This document shows, piece after piece, positions 51,121 to 62,930 of a stretch of 64,000 bases of DNA. How positions within the stretch are numbered: the first letter of the stretch is position 1; every line of letters begins with the position of its first letter. The notes under the pieces are model-generated. The model saw only the letters and a program-made list of their open reading frames with translations, was not told the origin of the DNA and did not search any database. The position numbers and the translations under genes are program-made. The DNA comes from Rhynchobatus australiae (lineage: Eukaryota): positions 77,708,557 to 77,772,556 of the forward strand of contig JAUZTB010000118.1 of assembly GCA_034780895.1 (NCBI GenBank). Reading direction: 5' to 3'.

Positions 51121-51499
51121 GAAGACACTGACAAGGCAGCATACAGCAGAAGAAGATTTCTGTCTGACTGCCCTATCAAAGGAGGGGTCAGATAGTCATT
51201 GTCCAGCTGCAAACTTTGGTTAGAGGTTGTAGGCTTGAGAAATCACAAACCTTTTCCATTTTGGACCAGCATATTAGGGGTCAGTGGACAAAAGGCAATG
51301 CACCAACCCCATTACTGAAAACTGCTGTTACATCACGTAATATAACACCAACTCTGTCACAGCTCTGTAGTAAGGAGGTATCCCATGTTTTCCAACATCA
51401 AGAGTACTGAGGCTGCAGAATTTGTTTTCTATATACCAAAGGCCAGAGTGTTCATACCTTGTACTTTCCAGGGTTTTTCAAGGCACACACTAGAGCTCC

Positions 51500-52050
51500 A
51501 TGACCACCCATTGAGTGGCCAAATATGCATCAGAGCTGGGTGAATGAATCGTCTCCTGATACCTCATAACCTTTCCATCAACTGTAAGGTGCAAGTCAGG
51601 AGCATGGAGAAACATCCTTCACTTGCCTGGATGAGTGTAGCTCTGACGCATTCAAGAACTGCAACGCAATCCAGGGCAAAGTAACCCATTTGATTATCTA
51701 CCACCAGTGCACTATGGCTGCAATATGCACTGTCTATAAAATGCATGCTGTTACCCAGGCTATTTCAACAGCATCTCCCAATCTCATGACCTCAACTATG
51801 AAAAAGGACAAGGGTGGTGAAAACGTATGAATACCACCACCTGCATTTTCCTGTCATTGTGGCATACTATCCTGACGAGGAAGCATATCTCTGTTTCTTT
51901 ATTATTTCTTGAAGCTCCTGACCCATGAGCATTGTGTGAGTACCTTCACAAGAAGGACTGCAGCAGTTCAAGAAGGCCTTCTCAAGGGTGGTTAAGAATG
52001 GGCAATATATGTTGGCCATGCCAGGGATGCTTGCAGCCCAAAATGCAAAT
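51500..52050 (+). mobile_element. CR1/L2-group (Crack-like) LINE 3' remnant
   Basis: From 51571 it translates LSINCKVQVRSMEKHPSLAWM (cf. LSTIYKAQVRSVMEYSPLAWM); tail gaatgggcaatatatgttggccatgccag. Confidence 0.7.
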
Positions 52051-52199
52051 TAATTAATAGAAAATCCTGAACCCAACCTTCCATACATTATCAGGCACTA
52101 ACAATACCAGAAAAAGTCATATTCAAATAATCTAATAACGATGTCTGGAACTGTTTTGATGAGGCAGTGGTATGATAGCAGAGCCTTTTTATTCCCTTG

Positions 52200-54240
52200 T
52201 TATTGCCAGTTTTTCCTGATATGGTGTTGACAAGATTTGGCCAAGTAAACTGGAGTGAAAGACGGGCAGTCAGAAATGTGCAATAGTTAAAGAGAATTGG
52301 ATTGGCTACAGTCTCGGCAGATTCCCATTAGTGGAAAAGGGAGGGAGCCAAAACCAGAGACATCTGATGATGGTTTTAGGGAGCATTGTGAAACATAAAT
52401 AAAATTGGATATCATCTTGACAAAGGAAAAACAGGCTGAATATAAAATGCACATCGATTCAGAGAAGTGTGAAAAAGGATATAAGAAGGGCAAAGAGGAC
52501 TGTGAGGATAGAATAGAGGCTAACATAAAAGGGTATGCCAAGAATTTCTATTGGCTTATTAATAAAAGTGTTGCCATGGTAACAGTGGGGATGATTAGGG
52601 AAAAGTGGTCTAGCTGTTGATAGCAAGAGAAGTTAAAGGTAGCATCATTTCAAAGAAAAAAGGCTGACAATATTGGCAAAAACTGCAGGAAGTATGAGAA
52701 CTGAGAAGTTTTTCAGAATTCAACAAAACAGCAAGACATTGATGATGGAAGGGAAAGTTGAATATAAGCATAATCTACAAGAAACCTAAAAGTAAGCTGT
52801 AAAAGCTTCTATAGATATGTAAGAAGGAAAATATTAGAACAAGTTAATATGGGTCCTTTGTAGACTGAGATTGGGCAAATTCAACAAGGATTTATGAACT
52901 GAAGGAAATAAGCCAACTAAAAAAATATTGGAGAAATTAGGGGACTAAAAGATGATAAATCCCCAGGTTCTGACAACTTGTATCCTAAGTCCACTTTGGA
53001 GACAGTGGATGCAGTGGTTGTCATCTTCCAGAATTCCATCGATTCTAGCAGTTCCCACAGAGTGGAAGGTAACAAGTGTAACCTCACTATTTTAGAAAAA
53101 AAAGGAGAGGGAGAGAAAGAGAGCTGGGGGGTGGGGGGGACGATTACAATCCAATCAGCCTGACTATAATTCTAGGGAAATGTTGAATCTATTATTAAAA
53201 ATATGGTAACAGAGCACTTAGAAAATAATAGTGGGATCAGACAGTGCAGCGTAGATTTATGTTTGGCAAATCAGCTGAAGTTTTGAGTTTGTAACTAGCA
53301 AAATAAGTTGGCGGTTTTGGTGTATTTGGACTTTCAGAAAGCATTTGATCAGATGCCACTCAAGAAATTATTAAATACATTTGGAGCACACAGTACTGAA
53401 TGTAATATATTAGTATGCCGGAAGATGTTAATGGATAGAAATCAAAGAAGGGGCCTAAATGGTTAACTTTTGGGTTGGGACCCTGTGATTAGTGCGATTC
53501 CGCCGGAACTGGTGTGGTGGCCTATTTCTTCACAATTGACATCTGTTGTTTGCATGAAGGGACCAAGTATAATCTATTCAAGTTTGCTGATGATACAAAG
53601 ATGAGTGGTGGCCGGTGCTGTGCAAATAGGCTTTGGGGGAGAGAGACTCAGTGAATCGGTGAGGGCTTGTAGGTGGATATAATATGGAAAAATATGAGGA
53701 AAAACGCAGAGTATATTTTTAATTGGTGAGATGTTCAAAGGGATCTGAGTGTCCTTGTACACAAATCAATAAAAATTAACATTCAGGTACAGAAAGCAAT
53801 TAGGAAGGCATTTATTACAAAAGAATTTGAGTGCAAAAGTAAAAACATATATTGCTATAATTATAAAGGGCTCTGGCAAGTTTGCATCTGGAATATTGTA
53901 TATGGGTCTGGACTCCCTACCAAAGGAAAGATTGAGGCAGTACAACAGAGGTTCACTAGATTGATTCCTTGGATGGAGCTTGTCCTGTGGGGGGAGAGAA
54001 AGCAGATTGGATTTTTACTCACTGGAGTTTAAGAGAATGAAAAGTGATCTCATTGAAGCATACATTTTTTTTTACGGAGTTTGACAGTTTAGCTACAGGA
54101 ATAATGTTTCTTATGGTTGGGGTGTTTAGAAGTGGGGGGAGCGGGAGGGGCCTTACAATTTCAAATTAGGGTTGGCTTTTCAGTACTGAGATAAGAAGAA
54201 ATTTCCTTACCCAAAGGATAAGGATTCAAGACGATTGTGG
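52200..54240 (+). mobile_element. CR1 LINE ORF2 remnant (~2 kb, many stops and frameshifts; probably two nested pieces)
   Basis: KSPGSDNLYP at 52957, VYLDFQKAFD at 53320, KFADDTK at 53580, VQQRFTRLIP at ~53940, EIRRNFLTQR at ~54190. Confidence 0.9.
52570..52583. promoter_or_regulatory. RFX X-box motif inside CR1 remnant
   Basis: GTTGCCATGGTAAC matches the X-box consensus GTNRCCNNRGYAAC. Motif only. Confidence 0.25.
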
Positions 54241-54259
54241 GTGTTTAGTCACAATAAAT

Positions 54260-54535
54260 GATAACATTCTTTCAGCATTCCTAATTACTTACTATACCTG
54301 CGTATTAGTCACTTGTGAAACATGCACAAGGGCACCCAGATGTCTCTACATCTCAGAATTCTGCAATGTCTCACTATTTACGTAATATGCTTTATTATTT
54401 TTCCTGTCAAAATGGACAATGACACAATTTCCCACATTATACTCCATTTGCCAGATCTTTGCCCTTTCACCTAAGCTATCTATATCCCTTGGCCTCCTTT
54501 TGTCCTCTTCACAACTTGCTTTCCCACCTGTCTTG
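54260..54535 (-). mobile_element. CR1 ORF2 fragment, opposite orientation
   Basis: ORF-track peptide KTGGKASCEED...DIDSLGERAKIWQMEYNVGNCVIVHFDRKN is the CR1 post-FADD region. Confidence 0.9.
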
Positions 54536-54694
54536 ATTGGATGAATCACTATTTTCTATGCTTTATTATTAATTGATTCAGTAATTGGGTCATATTAAGG
54601 TAGTATAGCAAAGCTATCGTGTGTCCATATGGAGAGAGAGAACAGAATTAAAATGCTGTATCATTGCTGTGTATGAACAATATAATTATTAATT

Positions 54695-55035
54695 CCATCC
54701 TGTTGTGACCTTGCACCTTATTGCACTGCACTTTCTCCGTAGCTGTGACACCTTACTCTGTACTGTTATTATTTTTACCTGTACTACATCAATGCACTCT
54801 GTACTAACTCACTGTAACTGCACTGTNNNNNNNNNNNNNNNNNNNNNNNNNNNNNNNNNNNNNNNNNNNNNNNNNNNNNNNNNNNNNNNNNNNNNNNNNN
54901 NNNNNNNNNNNNNNNNNNNNNNNNNNTACTAACTCAATGTAACTGCACTGTGTAATGAATTGACCTGTACGATTGGTATGCAAGACAAGTTTTTCACTGT
55001 ACCCCGGTACAAGTGACAATAATAAACCTAAACCT
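54695..55035 (+). mobile_element. LINE 3' UTR (Rex1/Babar-like), spanning a gap
   Basis: Ends tttttcactgtaccccggtacaagtgacaataataaacctaaacc, with a polyA signal and repeat tail. Family assignment from recollection. Confidence 0.6.
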
Positions 55036-56249
55036 TACCATCATTTTTCTTTATACAATGAATTGAAAAAAAAATTCTATTGCGAATAACTACAATGTGC
55101 TCATAGTTAAACTTCAGTGGAGTAGAGCTGAAATGTCTGTTCAAAATCTTGAAGTAAAAATTTTAAAAATATGAATACAAATTACTAATTTGATGCATTT
55201 TGCATAAAGTATGCTGATATCGCATCAGAGTTAAGCAATTAATTATTTTTTAGAAGAGCCTTAATGGCCATTGAAAGTTGAGTTACAAACATATGTGTTG
55301 TAAACATTGGCCTCCAGAAGATAAAAATGAGTAGGACGGGTCAAAAGAATATCAGGCTACTGGACTGTGTGCTTATTTCCTTTCCTCACAGGCAAGCACA
55401 TTGTTCACTGCCATAATAGTATTTGTTCATTGTGCTATGCAAGGAAGCTATATACTTTAGAACCAAGCTACATAAATATTGTTAACCAATTAGTTTGCCG
55501 CATTATTTTCTTAGGAATCGTGATACGTGAAACATCTGCATTTCTCTGTAAAATATACTCTGGCCAAGTGCTTTTATTTTCTGTTTTTCATGAAAAGCAG
55601 CCAAAATATAGGCCTTGGTCCTGTCGAATGACTGAACCTGATGTGTTGTCATCTCAAGGCTGATGTGGGAGGCCTTTGTAATATCCATGTTAAATATCAG
55701 CTTCATTTTTCACTATACAAGGTTACATTGCAAAAGTGATGTCATGACAAGACTCGAGGGAATTCCTTTTGTTGTAGAAAGCTGCTTGGCATAGATGATG
55801 ACTGTTCAGTGTTGGGGCTCAACTGAACTGACAGAACATTAATTAGGTTGCCCGATAGCAGTGGAAAAGGTGGGGCCAGATGTTTGGCGTACCATCATTT
55901 CACAATGTGTAGATATTTTGTGCCTTTCTCAGCTGAACAATCGTAGTTTGCTGATAAATATCTGACTGCCAGTTATGATGGGAACCCTGTATTTCAATAG
56001 GGGTGTGGAAATCCAGAAAGAGAATTGACTTCTGGCAGATCGACTGTCATTAATAATTGGCCTCACCTGATTTCAATACAAGTGCTACCTATTGTAGTGT
56101 TCATGGCCAATGATCAAGGCATGCCCATGTGCTGTTAGAAGTTAAGATTTTAAGATTTCTTCATAAAGTTATATTGGTCACTAAATAAAGTTAATATATT
56201 TCCCTCTTACAGACACACACATGCGCGCGTGCATGCGTATTAGTTGCCA

Positions 56250-56713
56250 TGCAAATACGCTAGAACTGTTTCCTTATGAACTCAGTAAACACTATGATCA
56301 ACCAGAGTCCCTGAGAAATGGTAAGGTCTTCACTTTACCTTCAGTACATATTTNNNNNNNNNNNNNNNNNNNNNNNNNNNNNNNNNNNNNNNNNNNNNNN
56401 NNNNNNNNNNNNNNNNNNNNNNNNNNNNNNNNNNNNNNNNNNNNNNNNNNNNNNNNNNNNNNNNNNNNNNNNNNNNNNNNNNNAGGAAGGGCCAATAGAT
56501 AATATTCAGGAGTGGTACTTGATTACATGGACCAATTCTGGTATCATTATCTTTACCCCATCAATTCATCACTGGCTTAGGATCTGAACTTTAACCTTCA
56601 GTCTGTGTGGTTCAGTTTTATACCAGGCAGTACATTTGATACATGAATTATCAGGGCTCTGGTGGACATGGTGTCTATTGAGTTCATGAGGAAATAATTC
56701 TAGCACATCTGCA
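56250..56713. repeat. Long imperfect inverted repeat (arms 56250-56317 and 56648-56713)
   Basis: tgcaaatacgctagaactgtttccttatgaactcagtaaacactatgatcaaccagagtccctgagaa versus the reverse complement of arm 2, tgcagatgtgctagaattatttcctcatgaactcaatagacaccatgtccaccagagccctgataa. Confidence 0.85.
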
Positions 56714-56769
56714 CAGAGATGATTAAATCTACTTTCTCTAAACTGGCCATTCCTCAGACATTGTGGGTC

Positions 56770-58120
56770 ATCATCAGTGGCAGAATTAGACTCCATCAGT
56801 GTAAGTTAAAGGCTCAACATAATTCTTCGTTCTCCAATTCCCATCCACAATGTTTTGTTATGTGGAAGCGAAGAACATCAGGAGCAGCTAACTAAAAATG
56901 AGATACCAAGCTAGTGAAGCTACTACACAAGACTGCATGAGTTCTAAATGACAACAACAAACAGTAAATACCAAGTGATCTTACAACTGACAGGTCAAAC
57001 CAAAGCTAAACATTCCTGCCACATCCATTTTTGAATGTTGGTGGATACTAAAACATCTGGCAGAAGAAGGAAAAACCATAGAGATAACCATCCTCAGTGA
57101 GGGCAGAAATTAGTATGCATGTGCATAAAGCAAACCATTTGTAACCAGTTATAGCCAGAAGTGCTCAGTAGATGAGCCAGGCCTCCCATTGTTATGTCTG
57201 TCATCACTGAAGCCAGTCTTCAGTGAATTCGCTGCCCTCCATGTGAAACAGCAATAACTATGGGCCCTGAGAATACCTTAGTGCATAGCTAAAGACAAGT
57301 GCCTCTGGTCAAACTATTCCTGAGAAGTTCCAATACATGGTATCTAGTTGAAAATGTTTTTTTTACATTCTCCTACAGTATGTTGATGTCATTGATGAGA
57401 CCAGCACTTATTCCCTGATCCCTAATGCCCTTGAGAAGGTGGTGGTGGTGACCAATCTTCTGAATGATAGCGAACCTTCTGGTGAGGGTGTAATATCCAA
57501 GTACGTGCGATCAGGAAATGCAGAGCAAACCTGTTCCAGCCAATTAATTACCTTGAGTCAATCCTGGATCATCTACAAAAAGGCGGAAGGTGTCAATGAA
57601 TTTGTTACCAAATGACATGGTGCTCAGCACTGTTTAATTTTGGTTTCATGAGGACCTTTTGGCTCCTAACTGCATTACAGCCTTGACATAAATGTGGGCA
57701 AAGTGTTAGATTTCAAAGAAGACCTGGGACACACTACTGTTGACATCTAAGTTGGCATGGAGGAACTGTAGAAAAGTAGAAATCAATGAGAATTGAGGAG
57801 ACAATTTTCCCCCTTTTCTGCAGGAGTCTTAGCAAAATGAAGATTGTTCTGATTGTTGGAGACTAATCACTCCAGCCCAGGAGTTCTTCTAACCAGTGTC
57901 CAATGCCCAACCAACTTTGCTCATCAATGACCTTTCCTCTACTAAAAGTCAGGCATCAAGATATTTGCTGATGATTACAGTGTTCAACTCTATTTACAAA
58001 TCCACAAAAATTGAAGCAGTCTGTGCTCCATGCTACAAGATCCCAACAGCATGAGTGGCAAGTAACATTCACACCACACAAGTGCCAGGCATTCTCCTGT
58101 CTTCTGACTCCCCAAAGTCT
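56770..58120 (+). mobile_element. CR1/L2-group (Crack-like) LINE RT remnant
   Basis: LINDL at ~57920, IFADD at 57961-57975, and WQVTFTPHKCQ at ~58055 (also in the ORF track). Confidence 0.75.
57383..57495 (-). mobile_element. Inverted LINE 3' tail nested in the 56770-58120 element
   Basis: gatgtcattgatgagaccagcacttattccctgatccctaatgcccttgagaaggtggtggtg is the reverse complement of the tail at 60385-60450. Confidence 0.7.
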
Positions 58121-59834
58121 NNNNNNNNNNNNNNNNNNNNNNNNNNNNNNNNNNNNNNNNNNNNNNNNNNNNNNNNNNNNNNNNNNNNNNNNNNNNNNNN
58201 NNNNNNNNNNNNNNNNNNNNNNNNNNNNNNNNNNNNNNNNNNNNNNNNNNNNNNNNNNNNNNNNNNNNNNNNNNNNNNNNNNNNNNNNNNNNNNNNNNNN
58301 NNNNNNNNNNNNNNNNNNNNNNNNNNNNNNNNNNNNNNNNNNNNNNNNNNNNNNNNNNNNNNNNNNNNNNNNNNNNNNNNNNNNNNNNNNNNNNNNNNNN
58401 NNNNNNNNNNNNNNNNNNNNNNNNNNNNNNNNNNNNNNNNNNNNNNNNNNNNNNNNNNNNNNNNNNNNNNNNNNNNNNNNNNNNNNNNNNNNNNNNNNNN
58501 NNNNNNNNNNNNNNNNNNNNNNNNNNNNNNNNNNNNNNNNNNNNNNNNNNNNNNNNNNNNNNNNNNNNNNNNNNNNGACAACAATAACCATGTCTGATGA
58601 ATGAATAAAAAAGCTTTAGCCACATTCTATACCGAATAATAATGCTTCCACTGAATGAAAGAATCAGTATATATCAATGCTTCACTATATTTTCTGAGGT
58701 TGGATGACTCATTCCTAAACCAGTAAGGCAGCCAAAGCAACAAATTATTATGATCTAGACACTGTTTAATCATTGTTTTTCGAGTAGGAAAATCAAGCTC
58801 TAATTAGTAATAAATGCTGCAGGATTTACTGCTATTTAGTTTGAGAATCATGGCTTCTCACCCGAGTTACTGTGAGAGCTACTTCCTAACACTTGCTGTT
58901 GACTAAAAGTTTTATTAACTTTCATTAGCTTTTAATGTGGATGTTTTTCATAATGAATGGGCTTACTCATATCCTCATGATCGTCCTTGTAACGTTCAGC
59001 TCTGAATGTGGCATAAATTCATTTCTGGCAATTGAAACAAATATATTAATGTTAAGGAAAGGATTGTCATCCACAATCCTAAATAAGTTTTAAGGAAATA
59101 ATTTTCTGACCAGATTTATAAAATTATGTAAACTTTTATTGAACAAAATAAAAGCAGCATTTAAAGACACCCACAGTCAAGTATAAAAGGAGAGGTTGAA
59201 GTATGTGTGGGAATAACCAGTAAACAATTTATGCTGATAAAATGGTAATGAGATTAGCTCAGTGAAATCAAAAATGGGAACAGTGGTGAAAACCTGGATT
59301 TTTTTACAATAAAAAACATCTTTAGGGAATTTCAGATTAATACGTTCATTTGAGAATTGCACATATGAACCTCCTCAGCCCACCTTATCGTAAAAAGTCG
59401 AGTTTGTTTTCTTTGGTAACGGAAAGCAGCCACTTTGCTTGTAAGCATGAATTTCTGGCTTGCATGGTTGTTATTGTTGAGACCTTTATGGAGTGTTAGT
59501 CACAGCATTTTTCTGCTAAACAGATGGCAGTTATGTTTATTCAGCAGGGCAAAGGCTGAAATAAAATGATTCACAGGCAGATTGATTGTGCACTTTATAC
59601 TGCATTTTTGTAGGAATTGAACAAAAAATTATGGCTCAAATTTTTTTTTGATTCCAATGTAACAGGAGTCCAATCTAAACATATCTGCTAAGAAACAAAT
59701 GTAACCTGATTAGCTTCACTGAAGGGAAGTATCACATTCCAAAGGGATTGCATTTAGTCTCCTTGTCCTGAGGGACCCCAACATACTCATTATTCCAGGG
59801 AAAAAGCAGGTTGTATCTGATCCATTTATGGTGT

Positions 59835-60262
59835 TAGTCATGGTGTAGTAGCATAATGTATCTGAGAGAGAAGGTTGTGGGTTCAAGCTGCCTTCCAGAG
59901 ATTTGAGCATCAGAGAATAAATTGACACTCAATTTTCAGGCAAGAATATTCAGATGATATGTTAAAATGAGACCTGGTTGTTCTCTCAGTTCATGTAAAT
60001 ATTACCCTGGCGCTACTTCAAAGAAGAGCAGGGAGTTAACGTTTGTGGCCTGGCCAACCAATTTTTATCTCAACCAAGGACTGTCATCAATCCTTCTGCT
60101 CATTATAAGTGCTATCTGTGGGAGCTTGCTGTGATCAAATTGTCTACAATGTTTTCTACGTTAAAACTGTGATGAAATTTAAGAAGTATTTCATTGGGTA
60201 CAAGGTGCTGTAGAGTGATCTGAGGTTGTGAAAAATTCTGTAAAAATGCAAGTCTTTCTTTA
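59835..60262 (+). mobile_element. Near full-length DeuSINE (SacSINE1-like)
   Basis: Head tctgagagagaaggttgtgggttcaag; Deu domain tggcgctacttcaaagaagagcagggagtt...cctggccaac...gtgggagcttgctgtg; tail aaatgcaagtctttcttt. Confidence 0.85.
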
Positions 60263-60271
60263 AGTGAATTA

Positions 60272-60468
60272 AAATACATCACTTCCTTCATCAATGCTGG
60301 CTCTGGATGCTGAAGCTCCTTCCCAACAACATTGTGAATCTAGCTTCATCTGAAGAGCTGCAATGTTTCAGGAAGGTGATTCACCGTCACCTTCCAAAGG
60401 CTACTTGGGGATGGACAATAAATGCTGGCCTTGCCAATGATGTCCACTTCCTGTAAAATGAATAAATA
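60272..60468 (+). mobile_element. LINE 3' end (same family as 51500-52050)
   Basis: ctccttcccaacaacattgtg...ctgcaatgtttcaggaaggtgattcaccgtcaccttc...gggatggacaataaatgctggccttgcca...aatgaataaa. Confidence 0.75.
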
Positions 60469-60894
60469 TCTATGATTTAATTTTTAAAAGCTAGACATGT
60501 CTGAGAAAATGTCAGTCATGCACAACTCAAGAGCAAAGCTGATTAATGAAAATGAAAGAGCAGAAAATAATGCAGTCTTTTACAAGGATTATGACTAATC
60601 ATTTATGACTACAAAACAACGGTCGTTATTGTCCACTGATTGTATTTCCCCACCCGAGCAATGTTTCAGGTTGAATAAGAAGGCACCCAAGCTTCATGTA
60701 ACTGGGTTGAGCTTTCAAGCCTGCATTTTCATCTGAGGGGCGTCCATTCCTAAGTCATAACACCATCTGTATCAATTCTTGCCCAGTCTTTTGTCACCAT
60801 TGATGCTCTGTTGGTTGGCCCCCATCTGCTCAGCCCTCTCCCCACCTCCTAGAATAATGTGGTGGTTATTTTACCATGCCCAAACAAGAACCTC

Positions 60895-61145
60895 TATGAT
60901 AGTGTAATGACTATTCACTGGTCTCATGACGAGAGAACAAAAGTTGAAATCTCACAATCATATTTTGAGTGTTTGAATCCAGTTGTAACATTCGGGGAAA
61001 AAAATGGAACAGTAAAAGTTATCATGCAGTAATCATGATCGTTTTAAAAATCCAATTGGTTTACTGATGTTCTGAAGTAGGAAGCCTGGAGTCCTTGAGC
61101 AGTCTGACCTAAATGTCACTCCAATCCCACATCAATGTTCTCAAC
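60895..61145 (+). mobile_element. Decayed copy of the 10655/33365 SINE family
   Basis: aaaaatccaattggtttactgatgttc...ggaagcctggagtcctt...gtctgacctaaatgtcactccaatcccacatcaatgt. Confidence 0.5.
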
Positions 61146-62824
61146 AACATAGCTGTTTCTTGAACAGAGTCACTTCCAATCTTGTCTCTCCAGTCATTTC
61201 TAAAACTAGTTATTTGTCAGGTCATTCCATACTGATCATGTAGGAGGTATATTTTAACTCGATTCATGTTTCGAAGATGTGCCTCAGCCTCATTTAATAC
61301 CAGCAAGCTCTGTCATGAAATAACAAGAGCTGAGGCANNNNNNNNNGCCCTGAAGATACTGTTTTGTGCCAAAATGTTTCTTGTGCTAATAAACTCCCAG
61401 GTATTCGAGCTGTCAACTATCAAGTCTAGTTGTACTGGATGCTTTGAAAGCTCTTAGTACCCATGCCTGGTAGAGACTAATTTGTTTCAGTGAGAGGAGA
61501 TGAATTTGAGAATGAGCTTTTGGGTAACAAATATACTTCACACTGTTTCAACCCATCTGCTTCTTTTAGAGTGTAATCGCTTTGCATTATGATTCATGTC
61601 ACAGACCAAAATGCATGTAGGAAAAGGGCAGCAACTCTCCTCCTTAAGCATCCTGACTATGCTGTTGAAAGACATGTTAACAAAGAAGGGCTAAATACGT
61701 CATTTCAAACATGCTCTTTAGTACTGTAATGCCTGAATGTGATATAACTTCAACCCTGCAGTTATTGTTTTACCGCTGGCACAAAACTCTCAGTTGTCCT
61801 GCAAGCCGCCACCCTTCAGTTACATTTCCGAAGAATTAATGTTGAATGGCTTTAACCGTGTCTCACCAGGCTACGTGGATGGTTATTGCAAAGGATCCAG
61901 ACATTGCGTCTCCATGGGTTACCGACATGAACAAATATTTGAATGTTGTGTGGGCAGTTAACAGCTACATCCTCATTCAAAGAAAAATGGGGAAAGGATA
62001 GCTGAAATGATGTGACTTCCACTTCATTAAATGTCTTGTCCATCAGGCAGAACAAAAGCTTTGATCAAAATTAAATCCAAGTTGAAATGTCCACCCTTAG
62101 CCAGGTATTACAATGAAGAAAGCTGAGCCTCTTAGTCCTAAGACCCCTGCTGTTGACAAGGGAACTCAGCAGAGAGTCCAAGTTTGCAAGGTAATACATT
62201 TAAAATATTGTGAATAATTTGTTGAGAGCAGTTTGGATTTCTATTTGCATGCATTTCTATGCAACTTTTCTGGTTAAGTGGTAAAATTGAAAGGACCGTA
62301 CAGTACTTGCTTTAAACTGCCGGTGTAGTAAACCTCAACGGATCATATTATTGCTAGAGATTTGGACTCGTTTTCCTGATTATGTACTTTTCCAGTTTTT
62401 CTTTTACCCCAGCAAATTGTCCTCCTGCAAGATTTGCTATTTCAGTTTACTGTCAAGTAACTCTGTTTTATTTTGTAGGTTTACTTTGAAAGCTCTAGTA
62501 CATCTTGATGTCTTGTACAATTATTTGCGAAAAGTCCTATTTCAAGAACATTGTAATTTTCACAGTAGAAATATTTATAAACTGTAAGAGCCTACCAGGA
62601 ATAGTGACTGCTAAACAGTTCTATGTGTGCATACAGCGTTACTTTTATGGCAAAACATAGCCATTAAACCAGGATTCCTTAATTTCTGAGTTGTCTTCTG
62701 AGCTTTTTCAATATTCTTTGTTAGTAGAGTTAGTACCATGTTAGTTGTCTGGTTTTAATAAACATGCTATATTTCCTCAAAATGTTAGTAGATAATTTAA
62801 TGGATTAACTGACTATTCATTATG

Positions 62825-62930
62825 CAGAAATGTAAAAGCACAGGCCCAGTCCCTAGCCCGTGCTGGGTTAAACTGATCTTGCTTTGGAGTGTCTGTGGGG
62901 ATTTTACATTCGATCACAGTTTCTCTGGGG
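62825..62930 (+). mobile_element. Ancient SINE-like fragment
   Basis: gtccctagcccgtgctgggttaaactgatcttg...tacattcgatcacagtttctctggg, similar by eye to the reverse complement of 7590-7735. Confidence 0.3.
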
